DNA of 64,000 nt from an uncultured Acidimicrobiales bacterium (lineage in GTDB: Bacteria; Actinomycetota; Acidimicrobiia; Acidimicrobiales; DATKAS01). The stretch lies in NCBI GenBank assembly GCA_963733765.1, contig CAVTEI010000003.1, positions 1,370,671-1,434,670 on the forward strand, read 5' to 3'. Both the position numbers and the translations under genes were made by a program. Positions within the stretch are counted from its first letter, which is position 1, and the number at the start of each line of letters is the position of its first letter. This document shows, one piece after another, positions 51,177-59,169 of the stretch. The notes beneath the pieces were generated by a model. The model was not told the origin of the DNA, searched no databases, and saw nothing but the letters and a program-made list of their open reading frames with translations.

Positions 51177-51650
51177 CTAGAGCGGCGGGGGGAACACCTT
51201 CGCCCGCCGCCACTGCCCGCCCTTGCGCTCGACCACCCAGGTCACGGCCTTGCGCATGTCGTAGTCACCCTTGATGACCAGACCCCGGCGCTCCAGCGCG
51301 TCCAACACCGCGGGGATCACGTCACCGTGGCTGCACAGCACGGAGTTGTTCGGCGCCTTGTCGACGAGCGCGATCGCGGCGGAGAACTCGGTGGTCCCAG
51401 GCCCTTCCCACTCGGAGAGCGCCTCGGTGATCCTGAGATCGATCCCGAGCTTCTTCGCGAGAGGCTCGACCGTCTGTGTGCACCGGACATACGGGCTCGA
51501 GTAGATGCGCGAGATCGGGAGATGACCCAACATGAGCGTGAGGCCGTGGGCCTGCTCGAGGCCGGCCCTGCTCAGGGGCCGGTCGCGGTCGTCCCCGTGG
51601 AAGTCACGGCGGCTGCCTGCCTTCGCGTGTCGCACGAGGTAGAGGCGCAT
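51177..51650 (-). CDS. Histidine phosphatase (SixA/PGM-like)
   Basis: LVRHAKAG, DRPLS, SSPYVRCTQT, CSHGDVIP. Confidence 0.9.
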   Translation of the reverse strand: MRLYLVRHAKAGSRRDFHGDDRDRPLSRAGLEQAHGLTLMLGHLPISRIYSSPYVRCTQTVEPLAKKLGIDLRITEALSEWEGPGTTEFSAAIALVDKAPNNSVLCSHGDVIPAVLDALERRGLVIKGDYDMRKAVTWVVERKGGQWRRAKVFPPPL

Positions 51651-51708
51651 GAGACGGGCAAAGATAGTCCCGCGTCGTTCATCCTGCTCATCGGGGTACC
51701 TTCGGCCT

Positions 51709-52080
51709 GTGGCTCGCATCCAGCTTCGTGATCTCTGCGGCGTGCGGTCGGGAGACAAGGGCAACATCTCCGACCTGGCGCTGTTCGCCGACGACGAGGC
51801 CGCGTATGCCGCGATCAAAGGCGCCGTCACCGCCGACGTCGTGAAGGCCCACTTCGACAGCCTCGTGCAAGGAACGGTCGAGAGGCACGAAGCGCCGAAC
51901 GTGCTCGCGCTGAAGTTCGTCATGTACGACGCTCTCGGAGGAGGCGGTCCGCGCTCCCTGCGGTCCGACAACCTCGGAAAGACGTTGGGTGCGGCCCTGC
52001 TGCGACTCTGGATCGAGGTGCCCGACGAGGTCGCCGCGGGTGCCCGCCGTCGCAAGGCGCCGGTCGAGCGCGGTGCGTAG
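51709..52080 (+). CDS. AtuA-related small ferredoxin-fold protein
   Basis: RSGDKGNISD...ALGGGGPRSLRSDNLGKT. Confidence 0.85.
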   Translation: MARIQLRDLCGVRSGDKGNISDLALFADDEAAYAAIKGAVTADVVKAHFDSLVQGTVERHEAPNVLALKFVMYDALGGGGPRSLRSDNLGKTLGAALLRLWIEVPDEVAAGARRRKAPVERGA

Positions 52081-52085
52081 CCCTG

Positions 52086-52697
52086 ATGGGCTTCTTCGAA
52101 CGCAACCGCAGGCAGCTCGCCGACCGGGGCATCGATCCCGATCGCCTGCCGCCCGGCCAGTACTTCACCGAGCGCTTTCCGGTGCTCCAGGTCGGCGACG
52201 TACCCCAGATCGACGTCGCCACCTGGACGTTGCGCGTCTTCGGCCTGGTCGAACGCGAGCTCACGATCTCGTGGGACGAGCTGCGGGCGATGCCGCCAAC
52301 CCCGCTGCGCACCGATATCCACTGCGTGACGAAGTGGTCGAAGTTCGACACGACCTGGACCGGTGTGGCGGTTCGGGACCTGTTTGACCGCGCCGGTCTG
52401 CGGCCCGAGGCAACGCACGTGATGGGCCACGCCGCGTATGGCTACACCGCGAACCTCCCGCTCGCGGACGTCGTTCGGCCCGAGTCGATCGTCGCGTACG
52501 AGTACGACGGAGGGCCGATCCCGGTGGAGCACGGTGGCCCCGTGCGCCTCGTCGTGCCGCACCTCTACTTCTGGAAGTCGCCGAAGTGGTTGGAGGGACT
52601 GGAACTGCGCGCCGGTGACGAGCCCGGGTTCTGGGAGCGCAACGGGTACCACATGTACGGCGATCCGTGGCGCGAGCAGCGCTACTGGGGCGACTGA
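52086..52697 (+). CDS. Sulfite oxidase-like molybdopterin oxidoreductase
   Basis: RLPPGQ, DIHCVTKWS, EHGGPVRLVVPHLYFWKSPKW, GFWERNGYH. Confidence 0.93.
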   Translation: MGFFERNRRQLADRGIDPDRLPPGQYFTERFPVLQVGDVPQIDVATWTLRVFGLVERELTISWDELRAMPPTPLRTDIHCVTKWSKFDTTWTGVAVRDLFDRAGLRPEATHVMGHAAYGYTANLPLADVVRPESIVAYEYDGGPIPVEHGGPVRLVVPHLYFWKSPKWLEGLELRAGDEPGFWERNGYHMYGDPWREQRYWGD

Positions 52698-53827
52698 CCC
52701 GGAGATTGACCCGGAGATTGACCGAGGCGCCGTAACCGCTCGAGCACGGTCGGGAGGGCGGCGAGCACCGCGTCGATGTCGTCATCGGTGGACGACCAGC
52801 CGACCGAGATCCGCAGCGACCGCTCGGCGTCGACGCCCATCGCCGCCAGAACGGGTGACGGCTCGATGGCTTCGCTCGCGCACGAGCTGCCGGAGTGCAC
52901 CGCGATGCCGGACTGGTCGAGCCCGAGCAGCACCGCCTGCGGTTCGACGCCGGCGATCCCCAGGCACACGATGTGAGGCAGTCGAGCGTCGCGGTTGCCG
53001 TAGAACGTGACGCCGGGGATCTCGGCGGCGCCATCGATGAGCCGTTGGGTGAGGCGCCGCGCCGTCTGCTCCTCGCGCTCGAGACTGGTCGTCAGTGCGC
53101 TCGCGGCGGCGCCCCAGCCGATGATCGCGGGCACGTTCTCGAAGCCGGCTCGGCGCGCCCGTTCCTGGTCGCCGCCGAGCAGCAGCGGGCGGACGCGAAG
53201 ACCGCGCCGCACGAGGAGCGCGCCGACCCCGGGCGGTCCCCCCATCTTGTGTGCGCTCACCGACAGCAGATCGATGCCGAGGTCGTCGAACGCAATCGGC
53301 ACATGCCCCGCGGCTTGCGCGGCGTCGACGTGGAGGAGGACGCCTCGTTCGTGGCAGGCCTCCGCGATCTCCGCGACGGGCTGCAGGGTGCCGACCTCGT
53401 GGTTGCCCCACTGCACATGGACGAGCGCCGTGCCGGCGCGGATCGCTTCGCGCACGGCCTCGACGTGGACACGGCCGGTGGTGTCGCAGGGAACCCAGGT
53501 GATCTCGGCATGCGCCGCCGCCGCGAAGCGCACCGCGGAGTGCTCGACTTCGGTGACGACCATGTGGTGGCCGCGCTCGGCGGCTCCCCACGTGGCCGCC
53601 GCGATGGCCTCGGTCGCGCCGCTCGTGAAGACGACTTCCCGGTTGCGGGCGCCGAGCAGGCCGGCCAGCGCGTCGCGAGCGTCCTCCACCGCGACCCGGG
53701 CGGCGTGGCCCTCGGTGTGGATGCGGGCCGGATCGGAAGCGAGCGGCGAACCCATCCACTCGACCATGGCGTCGATCGCCTCGGGCCGTGTCGGGGAAGT
53801 CGAAGCGTGGTCGAGGTAGTGGCGCAC
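52682..53827 (-). CDS. iscS: Cysteine desulfurase (IscS/NifS class)
   Basis: YLDHASTSP, FTSGATEA, NHEVGT, HVDAAQ, SAHKMGGP, SGSSCAS. Confidence 0.92.
   Translation of the reverse strand: MRHYLDHASTSPTRPEAIDAMVEWMGSPLASDPARIHTEGHAARVAVEDARDALAGLLGARNREVVFTSGATEAIAAATWGAAERGHHMVVTEVEHSAVRFAAAAHAEITWVPCDTTGRVHVEAVREAIRAGTALVHVQWGNHEVGTLQPVAEIAEACHERGVLLHVDAAQAAGHVPIAFDDLGIDLLSVSAHKMGGPPGVGALLVRRGLRVRPLLLGGDQERARRAGFENVPAIIGWGAAASALTTSLEREEQTARRLTQRLIDGAAEIPGVTFYGNRDARLPHIVCLGIAGVEPQAVLLGLDQSGIAVHSGSSCASEAIEPSPVLAAMGVDAERSLRISVGWSSTDDDIDAVLAALPTVLERLRRLGQSPGQSPGQSPQ
52695..52723. repeat. 12-bp tandem repeat (TGACCCGGAGAT, about 2.4 copies) creating the IscS tail QSPGQSPGQSPQ
   Basis: Read directly from the sequence. 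Confidence 0.9.
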
Positions 53828-53850
53828 CGGGTCGACCCGAGGTCGGTCGC

Positions 53851-54573
53851 TCAGAAAGCGGTGACGCAGACGTCGTCGCCGCGAGGCAGCGACGATTCGA
53901 TCTCAGGATCGGTGTCGCCGTAGAGCGTCTCGAGCATGCCCTTGACCATGCCCCGGTCGACCGCGCAGATCACCGGGTTGTCGACCGCCGCCGCGCCGAA
54001 CGGGCAGTGGTTCGACACGATGCGCAGCTCGCCGCCCTTGCGCTCCGTGTGGGCCGCGAAGCCATGGGCGGTGAGCGCATCGGCCACGGCGTGGAGCGCC
54101 GCGCGGAAGGAGCGCTGACCGCCGTCGCCGGCCATCGCCTGGGCCATCGCCCGCCCGTACTCGATGCCCACCTGCTCGGCCATCTGCTGGGCCTGATCCG
54201 CCGGGAGAAGGGCGAGCGCGCGGCCGAGCAGTGTGAGCACCACGTCGTCGCTGCCGACGGGCACGTCGAGCGTCACTTCCTCGTTCGCGCGCCGGTAGTG
54301 CTTCGACGGGCGCCCCGCCCCGCCGTGTTCGCCTCGCTCGACGACGACGTCGAGGTAGCCGCCGGCGGCGAGCTTGTCGAGGTGATGGCGAGCGACGTTC
54401 GGGTGGAGCGCGAAGTGCTCCGCCACCTGCGACGCGGTGACACCACGGTCGTGCTCGTGGGCGTAGAGGTAGATCTCGCGGCGAGTCGGATCACCGAACG
54501 CACTCGTGATCGCGGTGACGGCCGCAGAAAACTGCTTCGGGGTCAGCGCCGAGGTGGGTGCCGACGTGTCCAC
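53851..54573 (-). CDS. SufR-like HTH metalloregulator
   Basis: wHTH (HPNVARHHLDKL...GRPSKHY) plus C-terminal NHCPF...ICAVD...C cysteine triad. Confidence 0.85.
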   Translation of the reverse strand: MDTSAPTSALTPKQFSAAVTAITSAFGDPTRREIYLYAHEHDRGVTASQVAEHFALHPNVARHHLDKLAAGGYLDVVVERGEHGGAGRPSKHYRRANEEVTLDVPVGSDDVVLTLLGRALALLPADQAQQMAEQVGIEYGRAMAQAMAGDGGQRSFRAALHAVADALTAHGFAAHTERKGGELRIVSNHCPFGAAAVDNPVICAVDRGMVKGMLETLYGDTDPEIESSLPRGDDVCVTAF

Positions 54574-54624
54574 ACCGGTATTCTACCTATCCGCGTAGTG
54601 CAAATCTCTCGCTCGGAGCCCGTG

Positions 54625-55764
54625 ATGCCCACCCATGACCAGGTGCTCGAGGCGTTGCGGCCGGTCCAGGACCCGGAGCTGCACCGCTCGATCGTCGAGC
54701 TCGGCATGGTGCGGGACATCGACATCGACGGCGGCGACGTGAAGGTGCTCGTCGCGCTCACGGTCGCAGGGTGCCCCCTTCGGGCCGAGATCACGAACCG
54801 AGTCGACTCAGCCGTCCGCACGCTCGATGGCGTGGCGTCGGTCGGCCTCGACTTCACGGTGATGACCGACGAGGAACGAGCCGCTTTGCGTGAGCTGCTG
54901 CACGGGGACGCCGCCGCGACCGCGGGCTCGCAACCCGCCCACGGGCACGCGCAGGGCCGAGCGATCCCCTTCGCCGACCCGGAGTCGCGCACGCGGTGCC
55001 TCCTCATCGCATCGGGCAAGGGCGGCGTCGGGAAGTCGTCGGTAACGACGAACCTCGCCGTGGCCCTCGCCCAGCAGGGCCACTCGGTCGGCATCATCGA
55101 CGCCGACGTCTACGGGTTCTCGATTCCCCGCATGCTCGGCACCGACCGCGACCCCGTCGTGATCGACCAGATGCTGCTGCCGCCTGAAGCCCACGGCGTG
55201 CGCTGCATCTCGATGGGCCACTTCGCCCGCGACGACCAGCCGGTGATCTGGCGCGGCCCGATGCTGCACAAGGCGCTCGAGCAGTTCCTCACCGACGTGT
55301 ACTGGGACGAGCCGGACTTCCTGTTGCTCGACCTGCCGCCGGGCACCGGCGACGTGTCGCTCTCGCTGTCGCAATACCTCCCGAGAGCCGAGGTCTACGT
55401 GGTGACCACCCCGCAGCCCGCGGCGCAGAGCGTCGCGCAGCGGGCGGGGCTCATGGCCGAGAAGGTGCACCTCGACGTCAAGGGCGTCATCGAGAACATG
55501 TCGTGGTTCACGGGCGACGACGGTGTGCGGTACGAGCTGTTCGGGCGGGGCGGCGGCCAGGCGCTGGCCAACCGGCTCGAAGTGCCCCTGCTCGGCCAGG
55601 TACCGCTCGTCCCCGCGCTGCGCGAGGGAGGCGACGACGGCCGCCCGATCACCGCGGTGTCGCCGGACAGCGAAGCCGCGCAGATCTTCCGCTCGATCGC
55701 GGGCCGCATCGCCACCGAGCTCGCCCCGAAGCGCATCTACCGCAAAGAGCTCAAGATCATCTGA
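54625..55764 (+). CDS. mrp: Mrp/NBP35 (ApbC) Fe-S carrier ATPase with N-terminal DUF59/SufT-like domain
   Basis: VQDPELHRSIVELGMV...LTVAGCP; SGKGGVGKS; DADVYG; WRGPM; DLPPGTGD; IENMS. Confidence 0.95.
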   Translation: MPTHDQVLEALRPVQDPELHRSIVELGMVRDIDIDGGDVKVLVALTVAGCPLRAEITNRVDSAVRTLDGVASVGLDFTVMTDEERAALRELLHGDAAATAGSQPAHGHAQGRAIPFADPESRTRCLLIASGKGGVGKSSVTTNLAVALAQQGHSVGIIDADVYGFSIPRMLGTDRDPVVIDQMLLPPEAHGVRCISMGHFARDDQPVIWRGPMLHKALEQFLTDVYWDEPDFLLLDLPPGTGDVSLSLSQYLPRAEVYVVTTPQPAAQSVAQRAGLMAEKVHLDVKGVIENMSWFTGDDGVRYELFGRGGGQALANRLEVPLLGQVPLVPALREGGDDGRPITAVSPDSEAAQIFRSIAGRIATELAPKRIYRKELKII

Positions 55765-55846
55765 CCCCCGCCTTCCCTCCCGGTCAGGGGTTGGGGCACC
55801 GGTAGAGTGACCCGGCCCAATCGGCCCTGGTTGCAAAGGAAGTTCT

Positions 55847-56080
55847 GTGGACGTGCGCATCGGTGTCACCCACGCCCCTCGTGAGATCAACGTCGAGATG
55901 GACGATGGCATCGACCGGCAGCAGCTGAAGGCCGATGTCGCGACAGCGCTGGCCGACGACGCCGCGGTGCTCTGGCTCACAGACAAGCGGGGACGCGACA
56001 TCGGCATCCCCTCGTCGAAGGTCGCCTATATCGAGATCGGCACCGCCGACAACGACCGCAAGATCGGCTTCGGCGGCTGA
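55847..56080 (+). CDS. DUF3107 family protein (Rv3208A-like)
   Basis: MDVRIGVTHAPREI...LTDKRGR...KVAYIEIG...KIGFG. Confidence 0.93.
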   Translation: MDVRIGVTHAPREINVEMDDGIDRQQLKADVATALADDAAVLWLTDKRGRDIGIPSSKVAYIEIGTADNDRKIGFGG

Positions 56081-56100
56081 CGCAGCGCTGAGGCGACGCC

Positions 56101-57051
56101 GTGGTCGTCGATCTGCTCGATCGCAAGCTCCTCTTCGTCACGGGTAAGGGGGGCGTCGGCAAGACGTCGATCGCGAGTGCGCTGGCGGTGCTCGCCGCGT
56201 CGCACGGCCGCCGCAGCCTGGTCTGCGAGGTCGACGCCAAGGGCGACCTCGCCTCGGCGTTCGAGACCGAGCCTCTGCGCTTCAAGCCCCGCGAGGTGCA
56301 CGACGGCGTGTTCGCGATGGCGATGGACACCGAGCAGTCGCTCCGTGAGTACCTGAAGCTCCAGCTGCGCATCCCGCTCGTCGGCCGCATCGGCCCGCTG
56401 GCCCGGAGCCTCGACTTCGTGGCGAGCGCCGCCCCGGGGGTGAAGGAGATCCTCACGGTCGGGAAGTTCTGCTACGAGGTGCGCAAGGCGTCCTACGACC
56501 TCGTCGTGGTCGACGCCGAGGCGAGCGGGCACATCGTCGCTCAGCTCACCGCGCCCGACACGATCGCCCGGCTCGTCCAGGTGGGCGTCGTGCGCGAGCA
56601 GACGCAGTGGATGCTCGACATCCTCAACGATCCCGCACAAACGGGCGTCGTCATCGTGACGAACCCCGAAGAGATGCCCGTGAACGAGACGATCGAGCTG
56701 GCGGCCCGTCTGCGCGAGCAGACGTCGGTCGATCTCGCCGCCGTGGTCGTGAACCGGGTGTTGCCCGAGCTGTTCGGCCGAGGTGAGGAGGAGCTCTTCG
56801 AAGGTTTGCGCAGACCCGAGCCTGCAGCCGCACTCGCGAAGCGTGTCGGACCGGCCGCGCCGCTCGTGCTCGATGCCGCCGAGCTCGCGGTGCGCTTGCG
56901 TCGAACGGGAGCAGCCCACCTCGTGGAGCTGCGTGATGGGATCGTTCCCGCCGCGCCGCTGCTCTACGTGCCCGAGCTGTTCGCGCGGGCGAAGGGCCTC
57001 CGGGCTACCCGTCAGATCGCCGGCGCACTCGGTGAGGAGCTCGGCTTCTGA
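56101..57051 (+). CDS. ArsA/Get3-like ATPase (BagA/Rv3679-like)
   Basis: VTGKGGVGKT, APGVKEILTVGK, PEEMPVNET. Confidence 0.9.
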   Translation: MVVDLLDRKLLFVTGKGGVGKTSIASALAVLAASHGRRSLVCEVDAKGDLASAFETEPLRFKPREVHDGVFAMAMDTEQSLREYLKLQLRIPLVGRIGPLARSLDFVASAAPGVKEILTVGKFCYEVRKASYDLVVVDAEASGHIVAQLTAPDTIARLVQVGVVREQTQWMLDILNDPAQTGVVIVTNPEEMPVNETIELAARLREQTSVDLAAVVVNRVLPELFGRGEEELFEGLRRPEPAAALAKRVGPAAPLVLDAAELAVRLRRTGAAHLVELRDGIVPAAPLLYVPELFARAKGLRATRQIAGALGEELGF

Positions 57052-58223
57052 TGGCACGCGCGACCACGGACGCAGGATCGCTGGCGGCGCTGATGGCCTC
57101 CAAGGAGATCGCGATCACGTGCGGATCGGGTGGCGTCGGGAAGACGACCACCGCGGCCGCGGCGGCGGCCATGGCTGCCGCGCATCTCGGCGGACGCGTG
57201 CTCGTGCTGACCGTCGACCCCGCCCGCCGGCTCGCGAACGCACTCGGCTTGGAGTCGTTCGGCAACGTCGAGCGGCGCGTGGACAAAGCCGCGTTCGAGG
57301 CGGCCGGAGTCGTGCCGCGCGGCGAGCTGTGGGTCGCCATGCTCGACACCAAGCAGTCGTGGGACGATCTCGTGCGCCGCCATGCGCCCGACGCCGCGAC
57401 CCGCGACGCGATCCTCGCGAACCCGCTCTACGAGAACATCACGACCCGGTTCGTGCAGGGCCACGACTACATCGCGATGGAGCGGCTGTACGACATCCAT
57501 ACGGCGGGGAAGTACGACCTGGTCGTCGTCGACACCCCACCGTCTCGCAACGCTCTCGACTTCCTCGACGCCCCGGCCCGCATGGCCGAGTTCTTCAACA
57601 GTCGGCTGCTGCGCTGGCTCACGGTTCCGTATCGATCGAGGATGATGACCGCGGCGTCGCGACCCTTTTACCAAATGGCCGATCGCATCCTGGGCTCGCA
57701 GTTCCTTCAGGACATCGCCGAGTTCTTCATCCTCTTCCAGACGATGCACGACGGGTTCGTCCAGCGAGCCCGGGCCGTGCAGCGCGTGCTGGCCGACAAG
57801 CGGACGACGTTCATCGTCGTGAGCACGCTCGAGTCGTCACCGTTGCGGGAGGCCGAGTTCTTCATCGATGCCCTCCACGAGCGCCACCTCCACCTCGGCG
57901 CGATCGTGCTGAACAAGGTGCTCCCCGCGTACCTCCTCGACCCGGCTGCGGCGACTGCGGCATCAGTCCTGGAGCGAGAGGCCGGTGCCATCGGCGCCGA
58001 TCTCGCACCGCTTCTCGCCGCCGAGCCGGCCGACCTCACGCGGTTGGTCGCCGATGTCGCCGCCAGCTTCCACAACTACGCGGTGGCGGCGACCCGCGAA
58101 GCCGAGCAGCGCACCGAGCTCGCCCGCGCGCCCGAAGTCGTGTCGGTGCCTCAGCTGGGCGGTGAGCTCACCGACCTGGCCGGTGTGCTCGATCTCGGCC
58201 AGTACCTCTGGCGGCCGCGGTAG
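57051..58223 (+). CDS. ArsA/Get3-like ATPase (BagB/Rv3680-like)
   Basis: CGSGGVGKTT, TVDPARRLANALG, YIAMERL, DTPPSRNALDFLDAP. Confidence 0.92.
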   Translation: MARATTDAGSLAALMASKEIAITCGSGGVGKTTTAAAAAAMAAAHLGGRVLVLTVDPARRLANALGLESFGNVERRVDKAAFEAAGVVPRGELWVAMLDTKQSWDDLVRRHAPDAATRDAILANPLYENITTRFVQGHDYIAMERLYDIHTAGKYDLVVVDTPPSRNALDFLDAPARMAEFFNSRLLRWLTVPYRSRMMTAASRPFYQMADRILGSQFLQDIAEFFILFQTMHDGFVQRARAVQRVLADKRTTFIVVSTLESSPLREAEFFIDALHERHLHLGAIVLNKVLPAYLLDPAAATAASVLEREAGAIGADLAPLLAAEPADLTRLVADVAASFHNYAVAATREAEQRTELARAPEVVSVPQLGGELTDLAGVLDLGQYLWRPR

Positions 58224-58329
58224 GGGAGTGCTCGCCCACACTGCGCGCGCAGAGTGGTCGACGTGGGTACCATGGCATCCAGCGGTCCCCGCGGGCGAGG
58301 AAGCGGGGGCCCAAGACGAAGGAGGGGCA

Positions 58330-58566
58330 ATGTCTTGGCTACGCAAGGTTCCGGACCTAGCACCGGAGCCGGAGCCCGAGGTGGTGGTGGAGCCGCCGGC
58401 GCCGAAGCTCATTTGGGGAAAGCCGACCCGCTGCCCCGAGTGCGGGGGGCCCGGCTTCCTCGAGCACATCGACCTGCGCAAAGGCGTCATGTACCAGCAC
58501 GGCCGTGAGTGCGAGCACCGGTGGGAGATCAGCGAAGCCGAAGTGCTCGCGTCCCAAGACGGCTGA
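58330..58566 (+). CDS. Small zinc-ribbon-like hypothetical protein
   Basis: 78 aa; CPECGG...QHGRECEHRW; strong AAGGAGG RBS. Confidence 0.72.
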   Translation: MSWLRKVPDLAPEPEPEVVVEPPAPKLIWGKPTRCPECGGPGFLEHIDLRKGVMYQHGRECEHRWEISEAEVLASQDG

Positions 58567-58584
58567 CACTTTCGTACTCCCGAC

Positions 58585-59145
58585 TCACTTTCGGGCGACC
58601 GCTGCCCATCCGAATGGATTGGTGCGCACCTCCACCTCGCTGAAACCGGCCGCCTCGAGGCGGGCGGCCACCGTGTCGGGGTCCACAGGGTTGTAGGTGT
58701 CGTCCTCGTGGTGCGCGGCGAGCTCGTCGCTCGCCAGGCTGTCGCTCGCAACGAGCGCCGCCCCCGGTCGCAGGACCCGCGCGACCTCCGCGAACAGGCG
58801 GTCCTGGAGGGCGATCGTCGGGACGTGATGCAACATCGTGAAGCACGCTGCACCCGTGAACCGACCGTCGGGATACCCGAGCGCGGTGGCGTCGCCGACG
58901 ACGATCTCGACGTTCTCCTTTGCGTTGAAGCGCTCAGTGAGCATCGCCGCGAGCACCTCGTCGATCTCGACCGACGTGAGCCGGGGCACCCTCTCGCACA
59001 GGACGTCGGTCGTCGCGCCGTAGCCCGGGCCGACTTCGATCACGTCGTCACCGAGATCGACCTCACCCATCGCCCACGGGAGGATGACGTCTCGCATCAT
59101 CGCTCGCCACTCGTCGCCGCCGCAGGCTTCGTGCGCTTCGTTCAT
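58585..59145 (-). CDS. Class I SAM-dependent methyltransferase
   Basis: IEVGPGYGAT, GDATAL, MLHHVP, RVLRPG. Confidence 0.9.
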   Translation of the reverse strand: MNEAHEACGGDEWRAMMRDVILPWAMGEVDLGDDVIEVGPGYGATTDVLCERVPRLTSVEIDEVLAAMLTERFNAKENVEIVVGDATALGYPDGRFTGAACFTMLHHVPTIALQDRLFAEVARVLRPGAALVASDSLASDELAAHHEDDTYNPVDPDTVAARLEAAGFSEVEVRTNPFGWAAVARK

Positions 59146-59169
59146 TGGCGCACGTTATCGACCGCCGGC

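Noticed and set aside
51177..55764. Apparent 491-aa phosphatase and 658-aa Mrp with long N-termini
   Set aside because: The extensions are antisense to real genes; true starts are near 51650 and 54625.
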